From contig OZ024740.1 in NCBI GenBank assembly GCA_964016885.1, forward strand, positions 257,424,001 to 257,488,000: a stretch of 64,000 bases of DNA, in the 5' to 3' direction. Shown here one piece after another: positions 39,792 to 50,784 of the stretch. Position numbers and translations under genes: made by a program. Origin of the DNA: Eledone cirrhosa. Lineage: Eukaryota. Position 1 is the first letter of the stretch. Each line of letters begins with the position of its first letter. Under the pieces are notes generated by a model that was given only the letters and a program-made list of their open reading frames with translations, was not told the DNA's origin and did not search any database.

Positions 39792-40340
39792 CATACAGAG
39801 TGGTTGCCTCCCCAGCAACAATTAGAAATTTGTTTTGGTGCTCCGAAATGTGTATATGAATGTACGTATTGTATATAATATACTGTATATATATTTTAGA
39901 ATATTTTGAAGGCCGACGTTAGTCACTACCTTAAATTCATAACGAAAGGTATTCTCCCCTCACCCTCTCTCTGTTTTCTTACTACATTTCCACTCATCTA
40001 CTCACTTCCGTTTTCCCTTCGAGTCTTTCTGTGTACAATTGTTGTCGTTCTGACCAGTCATTTGTTTTCTCTCTCTCACGCTTGTTGTTAATATGCTTTC
40101 AGAACTTACGTTCGGCCACTTAGTATTAACTATTTCCCTTTCTTTCGTTTTTTTTTTTTTTTTTTTTCGGTTTATTCGTCCATCATCCGCAGTGTTTCTT
40201 CCCGGATAGTTTTCCTTTTTAGCTGTTAACCCACTGTGGTGAAAGGTCTTCTCTCACTGTACTGTAATTTTTTAATTTATAAATTGAATATGGCAAAGCC
40301 GGCGATTTATCGCTCGTATACAGAAAATTGACTGGCCAGT

Positions 40341-40439
40341 CTGGTGATATGCAAATCTGGCTGATCAGTGAATCTGCTAATATGCAGATCTGGCTGATCA
40401 GCCAGTCTGGTAATATGCAAATCAGGCCGATCAGTCACT
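40341..40439 (+). promoter_or_regulatory. 3 x 33 bp tandem repeat carrying octamer ATGCAAAT motifs upstream of a hammerhead
   Basis: ATGCAAAT at 40349, ATGCAGAT at 40382, ATGCAAAT at 40415; regulatory role is inferred. Confidence 0.45.
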
Positions 40440-40489
40440 GTATATTTTAGAAAATAGCATGTTCTGACAGCTGGCAGGTGAACAGTGAG

Positions 40490-40533
40490 CTGTACTGATG
40501 AAAGGTGATACACAGAAACATTAGTGTCTGCAG
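40490..40533 (+). ncRNA. Type I hammerhead (family Z), stem II weakened
   Basis: CTGTA-CTGATGA-AAGGTGATACACA-GAAACATTAGTGTC-TGCAG; predicted GUC cut after 40528. Confidence 0.75.
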
Positions 40534-40679
40534 TTCTGTTTAGATGCCAACACAAGGATTCATTCTATTGACATGGCTTTAAAAATAAAGGAGATTCCTA
40601 AAACCTCATACGAATAAATAGTCCTGCAGACGACATTTATAAATATAAATATAAATATATATATATATATCTGTGTGTG

Positions 40680-40791
<112 letters not shown>

Positions 40792-40794
40792 TAC

Positions 40795-40865
<71 letters not shown>

Positions 40866-41324
40866 TGTATGGTGGGGTGGTGCTGTCTTGTTCGAACTTC
40901 AAATGTTTCTTTTGCTCACGATACTCTCAGGAGAATACACGCATACATTGCGAACATAAAAACACACACACTTACTCACTCTAACAATACACACACACAC
41001 ACATACACACACACATATATATATATATATATACATATATAATATATGTATATATATATGTGGATACGTCTGTCAGATATGTCTGTTCAACCGTAATAAC
41101 ACCAATGCAATTCTGCTACCGCGATATTCAAGATTATTATTTCCATTGAAGTCGATAATATCCCATAGGGTTGTGAATAATATCCAGCAGACCATTGAGA
41201 GATATCACAATTGCTATTTCTGTTCTTCTGCCTGATGTCTGCAAGCAATAGCTCTCTGGTAAAAGAATCAATCTACGTGGAATCAATCAACCAATCAATC
41301 AATCTGGTTCTGCTATTACTACTG

Positions 41325-42008
<684 letters not shown>

Positions 42009-42433
42009 TCTCCGCATGCAGTTGACAGCCGAGAGGAAAGAGTATTCAATACCGTAAAAGAGTTTACTTATTCATGTTATTTAAGTTAAATACTGAGTCT
42101 GGTTCCACGGGAGGTTCGCTTACTAGCAGCTGAAACTCCAGAGTAACAAGTATCACTATTTAGCCTTAATAAAACTAATATAGAAAATAAAATAAATGGA
42201 AATGAGAGTGGGGTTCAGCTGTGGGGTAGGGAGAGTAATTCGGCGTACTTGTGTTGGGGTTGTGGTCGCAGATATGCACCGTGTGGGTGTGAGTAGGTGG
42301 AGTGCATATCATGATGCGCTTGCGCGTGCGCGGGTGTTAAGTGTCTTGTTAGTGGTGTGTGTGTGAATGTGTGTACAATTTATAGGAAAAGAAGCTTCGC
42401 TAACATCAATTTGTTGTACATGCTATAAAGATC

Positions 42434-42480
<47 letters not shown>

Positions 42481-42481
<1 letters not shown>

Positions 42482-42900
42482 CTACGGCTTCCTAAAACCG
42501 TATTTCTTTGGAGATACGAAATATTTATACATATTCTATGAAGCTATGCTTGAAGCGAAATCCTATTTCTTATTTATTATAAGTTGAGCCAACTTATGCA
42601 GCTTCATATGAAAATGAGATTAATCACCTCATTTACACAGACGAGAAAACTATATATTCTCGCCTGTCTTCTAGTCCAGAAGTCGCAAGCGGTGGGGGGA
42701 CCGTCCTGACGAAGGCCAGTTAAGGCTGAAATGCATAGACGGTTGTCCCCCTTGCTTCTGCTGGACATCACCAGAGGGCGTTAGCCCCCCCCCCCGGTGT
42801 TTGCATAGCGACGGCTTCCTAAAACCGTATTTCTTTGGAGATACGAAATATTTATACATATTGTATAAAGCTATGCTTGAAGCGAAACCTATTTCTTTTT
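42481..42900 (+). mobile_element. Hammerhead-bearing 327 bp monomer with ~90 bp terminal redundancy, in (TA)n
   Basis: 42481-42572 is repeated at 42808-42898; one hammerhead lies between. Confidence 0.85.
42700..42743 (+). ncRNA. Type I hammerhead ribozyme with intact core
   Basis: Stem I ACCGTC/GACGGT; CTGACGA; stem II GGCC-agttaa-GGCT; GAAA; palindrome ATGCAT; predicted AUA cut after 42737. Confidence 0.88.
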
Positions 42901-43525
42901 TATGTATATATATATATAAACCAGATGCGGTTTTTGAGCCCTTTATTTATTATCATTTGCCTTATATAACGTGATCTGTATAGAATGTTTTCTAACGTTC
43001 AACATTTTTTCAGTATATATATATATATAAACAAGAAAGACGGTTTCATTTGCCCTTTCGTATTTATTTCGTTATACGTATTTCAACGACGTATGGCAGT
43101 TGTATACAGCTGCCCTGTGTGTCCTCTTCAGACAAAAATCCAAACGAGATGTAAATATCCATTGGTATGTTACCGGTCATACGAGTTATTCCCTTTGCCG
43201 ACCAGTAAACATGTGTCTGAAAATGTTCAGTTATTAGTTCTTATATGTGTTGGCGATATATATTCCAATTGACGTTGTTGCTTGTAAACTAGCTAGGGTA
43301 TCGAGTTGCCAGATTAGCAGCTTGATTGCTAGTGAGACATGTATCAACTGTTAGTCTTTTTTTTATTTATATTTTTATACTAGATTCTATCACATAGCTA
43401 CTAATTCTAATTTTCTATATTTGTACTTTGATTCTGATGTCATAATGTATCTATATATTAATGAATGTTTAATTAATTATTTGGTGGTCTATTTTACATT
43501 ATTTAAGTTTTAACTATATACTCTA

Positions 43526-44747
43526 CTAGCAGAGGTACCCGGCGTTGCTCGGGTATTAAATAGCAGTTATGTATACCATTTATGTCAATACTTCAGTGCT
43601 GCTTCGAAAACTATACTTTTATAAACTCATCGACTTTTTCCAAAAGGGGGTTCCTGCCCTCAGGGGTCGCCTACTCAATATGTGCCAATTCTGAGAGTTC
43701 ACATTCATCTATAGAACAAACGTATTCCATGTGTCAAGTTTTGTGAAAATCGGTTGCGAACTCCAGAAGTTATGACGTTTTTTTTGCATTGCACTGCAGT
43801 GCTTCAGTCGACTCCAAGGAAGTGGTTAAAGGGCGTTATCCGCCGGGAGGTCCTATAATCAATATCTGGAAAAATGAAAGTGTCCATGACCATCCGGAGT
43901 ACATGAGTAACCTATGTCTTAAGTTTGGTGAAAATACTGTAGAAATGCATAAGGTTTACACACACGCGCGCACGCGCACGTGTGTGTGTGTGTATGTATT
44001 TGTGTGTGCGTATGTATAAGTATGTGTATGTTCGTCGGTGCATACGTATGTACTGGCCTAAATCTTCACTATTTATTTTTATTATGTTAAGGCAAAGTTA
44101 AAATCCCGTCGAGGTTAACTTTGCCTTTCATCTATATATATAAAACTGAGGTTGTCTGTCTGTCTACTAAAACCTTCGGCACACATCTCCTCTTAAACCG
44201 TACGTTCAAATTTCGGTGAAATTGCTACACTTATAGATGAAAAGTACCAGTAATGTACTGTTTAATTGCTGGCCTTGTGCCAAAAGTAGAAACAACTATT
44301 TTAATAACCTGTCATTTTCGTTTACAATTTTATTTACATCATTCTTAAACTCCGGGGCTGGAAATCATTCGGTTATTTTAAATAGAATATTAGGCTAACG
44401 ACTCCATTTACACCATAAACTTGGTCTTCTCTTTGCATGAAATTGTTCTTCTCGGTCCACCGCGTCGTTTATACGTAACATAAATAGATAAGCAAATGAC
44501 GCCATAAAAGGGAAATAACTCGTCTCTCATCTCTATTTATACATTTGAACTGAAAAATCAATACATTACAAATTCGATTTTTACACTTGGCGTGGGTCGA
44601 TTTGAAAATTTATTTGACCGATGGTTCCGCCGGACCTTCATCTATAAGTGTAGCAATTTCACCGACATTTGAACGTACGGTTTAAGAGGAGATGTGTGCC
44701 GAAGGTTTTAGTAGACAGACAGACAACCTCAGTTTTATATATATAGA
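43526..44747 (-). mobile_element. Non-autonomous Helitron-like insert (possibly composite)
   Basis: Minus strand 5' A|TCTATATATATAAAA; 3' hairpin CCCGAGCAACGCCGGG then CTAG|T; interrupts the repeat homologous to 34363-34982. Confidence 0.75.
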
Positions 44748-44899
44748 TTAATTTTGTGTAAATAATAATTAAAAGTTTCAGAGCGTTTATTAATAATGTT
44801 ATTGTCTACTATTTATGATTTGAAGAGTCTCTATAGTACAGAGGTCACACCCCCTAGATATAGATCCATTTATATATAGAAAAGCATGTGACAGTTTTG

Positions 44900-46100
44900 A
44901 CCAAGAAGGGAGTATTCCATTTATTTATTAATTAGCGACCAAATCAGTTCCAATAGGACCGTGCTAGATCTTTTATGATCTCTTGCAAATGAGTGGCGAT
45001 GGTCGTACCACCTTTCCTTAAATCTAGTAGAAGTTGCACCAATATATCGATAAGTCTTACTACTCGTTTTTGCTTCACATGCCTAAACAATATTTTTCCC
45101 TAAACAGTTATTTTTCATTGGGCAACTATTACGACTACAGCAATTGCAATTATTTACGTTACTATTCATTGTTCCCTCCCAGTGTCTGTGTGTCCGTAGG
45201 TTTATCTAATATATGTTTATGGTTATCGAGTTGCTGTTTACTCTGTCAGTGTTTCTATGGTTGCTATTGTGAGTTATCTCCTTATGTTTAATTCCTAGAT
45301 TTCTATTGATAATTTTCGCTATATTCTGGGCTATACCTTTGGTTGTCGAGTAAGAAAATTTAATTTGTGTGTCGATTAAAGATTTATGTATGTATGTGAT
45401 CTAGGAAAACATTTATCTAATGCTTTAAAAAAAAGCCTAGCTAAGTGTTTTTGTATTCCTAAGGAGTGGGTGAATTGTACCACAGAACGGTGCGGGATCT
45501 AACCCTCTTATTTAACTTTATGGTGGTATTTGAGATATCTATTTGGAAGCAGGGTTTGTCCCGTCTCTATTGTTTTGGGTTCGAGTACCCCTATTATTTC
45601 CATTACCGTTCATTGTGTGTATTTAATATTTATGTCTATGGTTTGTTTGTGTGTATGAGTAGGTGTTTAATTATTTCTATCTATATGGATGTACTCAATT
45701 TTGTCCTGGTAACCTGCTCTAGCTAATGTATTATTATAGTATCTAGCCTTGCCATCGAAGATTTCCCTCTTATTTGAGAGTCTAGAGAATTTCTGCTCTA
45801 CACTTCTGACTATTGCTTTTTAACGTTTCTAGGGTGGTTTGAGAAGTAGCTAACATAATTGAGGTTTTCATTTAATTTATGGTATGGGTATTATAGGCCA
45901 GAATTCAGGTATAGTGTTATGTCGACGAAGTTGGCTATTCTATTGTTATCTCCTTTTTCTAGCTTAAGACAATTAATTATTAAAAAAAGTTAATTATTAT
46001 TTTTTTTCCTATTTAGGGCATTATTGTTATGGTTAATTAATGTGAAAAGAGTGTCCTCGTGGTCCAAGCTTCCACCAAGTTCCGGCATCCTTCATTTTTA
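44900..46100 (-). pseudogene. Penelope-like element remnant: RT thumb to GIY-YIG
   Basis: NFVDITLYLNSGL*YPYHK..YVSYFSNHP; LWYNSP..ALDKCFPRSH; YRYIGATSTRFKERWYDHRHSF. Confidence 0.8.
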
Positions 46101-46112
46101 ATTAGGTGTAAA

Positions 46113-46255
46113 ATGTAAATTATATATTTTTAATCTGTAAGATTCTTGATGTGTAATCGTTTGTTGAAACCGATAATTTTATATTTGGGGACAATTATAA
46201 GTTGCCTGTGTTTCTTTATATTGACAATATAGGCAACATGAGCAGCCCCAAATAT

Positions 46256-46290
<35 letters not shown>

Positions 46291-47258
46291 GTATAGGATT
46301 ATCCAAGATGTAGTAATGGTTAATTACTACACTGGATATGGTTGACGTACGGTAAGAGGTTACTCTACGAGTTATGGAAGAATTGTTGAAGAAACTTAGT
46401 TCCTGATACTTCAGTATTCCGGAGTGTATATAAAGAATGAATAATAACAGGTAGACATCATAAAAAGGTAATTTATTCCGTGTGCTTACCTTGAGCTCTT
46501 TTACATATTAAAATCCAAAAACAAACTACTTAACGATAGAATTGAACGATCATTTTACTGCAACCACAAACTAAAAGCTAAATTCTCTCACTATAAAATA
46601 ACTTAACATTCGAACCCGTAACTATAACACCGCTTTCTAGCTAACAACCTTCTCTTCCCCCCACACTACAAGACAATACACTGCTTATCATTATACATGG
46701 TAACTCAGTACAATTCCTAGATTACAACTACAAACCCAAAGTTCACTCACCACACAAACTTTGTCTGTCCCCTCTCTATCTATCTCTCTCTACATCCATT
46801 ACACTCTCTCTCTCTCACCTTTGGCCTACCTCCCTCTCAACATCTATGAACCTGCCTTCTGGGGCAATAAATAATTCCGACCTTAACTATCAACGCATCT
46901 CTCCCAAAGTAACCAGTATAATAAAACCCCTACCATAACATTTTGATTAAGATATCTACAAGCCACTCTCTCCTACTTCTCCAACCCCTGCATATCTTTC
47001 TTTCTCTCTCCCTCTTCCCTACTTTTCTCTCTTCCTTTTCTACTCTATCTTCCCCAACAACCCCACTTAAGGGTATTTACATTGTACATCTTACCATTCT
47101 GCTCTGAGGAAACAGTGGTCACAGCATAGGATATTTGAGTTCTGCAAGTACTTGTGAATTTGCACGTAGCATAACTAGGCTGCAGTACCACCGTGGAAAC
47201 ACTTGTAAGCACACGGAATAAATTACCTTTTTATGATGTCTACCTGTTATTATTCATT

Positions 47259-47300
<42 letters not shown>

Positions 47301-47443
47301 ATATTTGGGGCTGCTCATGTTGCCTATATTGTCAATATAAAGAAACACAGGCAACTTATAATTGTCCCCAAATATAAAAATATCGGTTTCAACAAACGAT
47401 TACACGTCAAGAATCTTACAGATTAAAAATATATAATTTACAT
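46113..47443. repeat. Nested inverted repeats (46113-46262/47294-47443 and 46427-46489/47206-47267)
   Basis: Both arm pairs are near-perfect reverse complements. Confidence 0.9.
47100..47211 (+). ncRNA. Type I hammerhead-like motif with long stem II
   Basis: TGCT-CTGAGGA-aACAGTGGT...ACCACCGTg-GAAACACTTGTA-AGCA. Confidence 0.6.
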
Positions 47444-47462
47444 ATATATATATATAGATATA

Positions 47463-47550
<88 letters not shown>

Positions 47551-47924
47551 TACATATATATATTTCGGTTTGTTGGTTCACCACTGAATAGAAACGGATC
47601 ATTCCGTATAGTCAACCTTGATGTAATATTAGGGAGAGCACTCGATGTAATACAACTCACCCGTCTTCGTTTGTGTTATTGGTGGTGCGAGTACGGAGTT
47701 AATTATTATAAAATAACAAGAGGCTGGACTGGTGTAATTCCTTAAAGATTTATTATACTATGAACATTCCAATAACCGGGTTCATTATGAATCCAGAGAC
47801 ATCATTAGGTATTCGAAATTTAACAAAGGAATATAATAAACACAATCCATGGGGCTGAAATGGCCGAGAGACGAGAGGGCGGCCAAACATTTAGCAGTTT
47901 CCAGTCCGGTTGGCCGCCCTTATA

Positions 47925-47980
<56 letters not shown>

Positions 47981-47982
47981 AA

Positions 47983-48480
47983 ACTTCGCTCTGCATGGCT
48001 GAACACAATAAATGTAATCTGAGGTTTTCGAATATTAATAATAACATTCGATTCGTTTGCAATTATGCAAACAAGCCTCAATTTTATAGCCATGTCAGTA
48101 GAATGAACACTTCATTCTTGCTCTTGTGTTGGCATGCGAACAGAACTGCAGACACTAATGTTTCTGGGTATCACCCTTCATCAGTACAGCTCACTTCCCC
48201 TGCCAAACTGTCAGAGCTAGTGAAAATATAAGCTATATATCTTTTTTATATGAACTTGGAAAAGCCGGCCATTTATCCCTCGTATACAGGAAACTGACTG
48301 GCCAGTCTGCTGTTATTCAAATCTGGTTGATCAGTAGATCTGATAATATGCAGATCTGACTGATCAGCCAGTCTGCTGACACGCAAATCAGGCCGATCAG
48401 TCACTGTAATTTTGAAAATAGCATATATTTTCAAATGAATCGAATGTTATTATTAATATTCGAAAAACTCAGATTACATA
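47983..48480 (-). mobile_element. Family Z hammerhead element with internal inversion and terminal fold-back, in (TA)n
   Basis: Homologous to 40285-40580, 62880-63430 and 35027-35199; 48435-48479 is an inverted copy of 48011-48057. Confidence 0.8.
48146..48189 (-). ncRNA. Type I hammerhead ribozyme with intact core (family Z)
   Basis: Minus: CTGTA-CTGATGA-a-GGGT-gat-ACCC-a-GAAACATTAGTGTC-TGCAG. Confidence 0.85.
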
Positions 48481-48482
48481 TG

Positions 48483-48546
<64 letters not shown>

Positions 48547-48550
<4 letters not shown>

Positions 48551-49703
48551 AAAAAATGGGGAGAAGAATACTGCAGGTTGCACATGGATAACATTTTATA
48601 AAATGAGTCCCTCATCAGTGATTTGCCGACGATCATAGATATTTCATTGCGTTAAAAATCATATACCTCACGTCGGTGCAATAATAACTAAATTAAGTTA
48701 TTAGGACAATTAAAACGCGTAAAGCGAGTGAGACAAGTAAACAACAAAGAGGAAAGCTAACCGTAGAGAGGAAGGCAACAAGCTACATAGTTATTCTGTT
48801 AGCATAAGCTAGGTGAATATATGAGCGCTTAGAAAAAAGACCTTTCGAGATGAATCCAAATATAAGAAAGAAGGAAAATGTATTCGTCGCGAACGGGGTG
48901 AAGTGAGAAGGGGAGAAACAGTGAGTGAGTGAGTGGAAGTGTGAGGAAGAGTTAACTGACATGACAGAGGGGGCGAAAGAAAGTAGGAGAAACAGAGAGA
49001 ACGAGGGAGCAGTAAGAGAGAGAGAGAGAGAGAAAAACAGAATCGCAGTTTAGGTAAATATATGTGAAAAAATGGGGAGAAGAATACTGCAGGTTGCACA
49101 TGGATAACATGTTATAAAATGAGTCCCTCATCAGTAATTTGCCGACGATCATAGATATTTCATTGCATTAAAAATCATATACCTCACGTCGGTGCAATAA
49201 TAACTAAATTGAGTTATTAGGACAATTAAAACGCGTAAAGCGAGTGAGACAAGTAAACAACAAAGAGGAAAGCTAACTGTAGAGAGGAAGGGAACAAGCT
49301 ACATAGTTATACTGTTAGCATAAGCTAGGTGAATATATGAGCGCTTAGAAAAAAGACCTTTCGAGATGAATCCAAATGTAAGAAAGAAGGAAAATGTATT
49401 CGTCGCGAACGGGGTGAAGTGAGAAGGGGAGAACCAGTGAGTGAGTGAGTGGAAGTGCGAGGAAGAGTTAACTGACATGACAGAGGGGGCGAAAGAAAGT
49501 AAGAGAAACAGAGAGAACGAAGGAGCAGTAAGAGAGAGAGAGAAAAATAGAATCGCAGTTTAGGTAAATATATGTGAAAAAATGGGGAGAAGAATACTGC
49601 AGGTTGCACATGGATAACATGTTATAAAATGAGTCCCTCATCAGTGATTTGCCGACGATCATAGATATTTCATTGCATTAAAAATCATATACCTCACGTC
49701 GGT
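48547..49703 (-). repeat. Tandem array of a ~510-516 bp monomer (~2.3 copies) in (TA)n
   Basis: Units start at 48547, 49063 and 49573; the minus strand of each has CTGATGAGGGA. Confidence 0.92.
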
Positions 49704-49795
49704 ATATATATATATATATATATATATCAATCGGGGGAACCACAGTGAGTAAAGTACTCAATACAAAGCAGAGTATAAATATTTAATATAGAAAA

Positions 49796-49843
49796 GGCTT
49801 CTGCAGGACTAGAATTGTTTCATTCGGGAGTTATCATCAGAGC
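49796..49843 (-). ncRNA. Hammerhead motif, degenerate, left arm of fold-back
   Basis: Minus: GCT-CTGATGA-TAACTCCCGAAT-GAAACAATTCTAGTCCTGCA-GAAGC. Confidence 0.5.
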
Positions 49844-49889
49844 TTCCTGATGATTTCTCCCGAATGAAACAGTTCTAGCCCTGTAGAGC
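49842..49889 (+). ncRNA. Type I hammerhead with conventional stem III, right arm of fold-back
   Basis: GCTTC-CTGATGA-tTTC-tccc-GAAt-GAA-ACAG-ttctagcc-CTGT-A-GAGC. Confidence 0.7.
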
Positions 49890-49915
49890 CTTTTCTATAT
49901 TAAATATATATATTA

Positions 49916-49983
<68 letters not shown>

Positions 49984-50085
49984 AGTTTATTATTAATAAT
50001 TTGTGACGAACGTGCTCTGTATTCTCTCTGAAACAATTTCAATGGTTTATATATATCTTACTTCCTTCTGGTCATTATTTCCTTG

Positions 50086-50161
50086 CGGGGTCGATAAAAT
50101 AAAGTACCAGTAATGCACTGGAATAATTGCTGGCCTTGTGCCTAAAGTAGAAACAATTATT
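50086..50161 (+). mobile_element. Dominant tRNA-SINE 3' fragment
   Basis: Core and tail. Confidence 0.75.
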
Positions 50162-50753
50162 TCCTTCCTCTTCTTCTTTTCCTTATGCTTCATTCACACG
50201 AGATTTTCGTAGTTATAAAAGGCACAATAACTTCGCCTAATCGTCACATTTATAGCATGAGTGACATAAATGATTGTTTTCACTTGTCTCTTACTCTACA
50301 GACAGCGCTTTGACTTGTGTCAGAAGCTGTGACACCGAGTGGACCAGCAGTACAGTACAGTTGGTTGTTGTCGAAATTGCCAGAAATCCATCTCGAGGGT
50401 TGGAGTTCTTTGCCTTTCCTTTGTATTGTTATTCATAAAAACTAGATTTTCTTAAGGATTCCTTTTCAAAAAAATGATTTTTTGCCCTGATTTCGTTCGT
50501 TGTCTTTCTTTTTTATAATTTTACCAAGTTCCTTAAATATACTAGCAGAAAAAACCCTTCGGGTGGTTTTCTGCTAGTATATGTAGTGTGCATATTGATA
50601 TTATACACAAATAATCAAGAGTTACGAAATTTAGTACATAAATTATGTAATATTCATTCATTATTTACTGAAAGTAATCCAACTTATTTTACAAACGGGA
50701 TAAAAAATATATATTCTGGACACAGTCTCGCACTCCTCCCTTTATTATAGTTA

Positions 50754-50784
<31 letters not shown>

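Noticed and set aside
47876-47921. GC-rich AGGGCGGCCAA/TTGGCCGCCCT hairpin
   Set aside because: Short, with no CUGANGA core and no family context in the window
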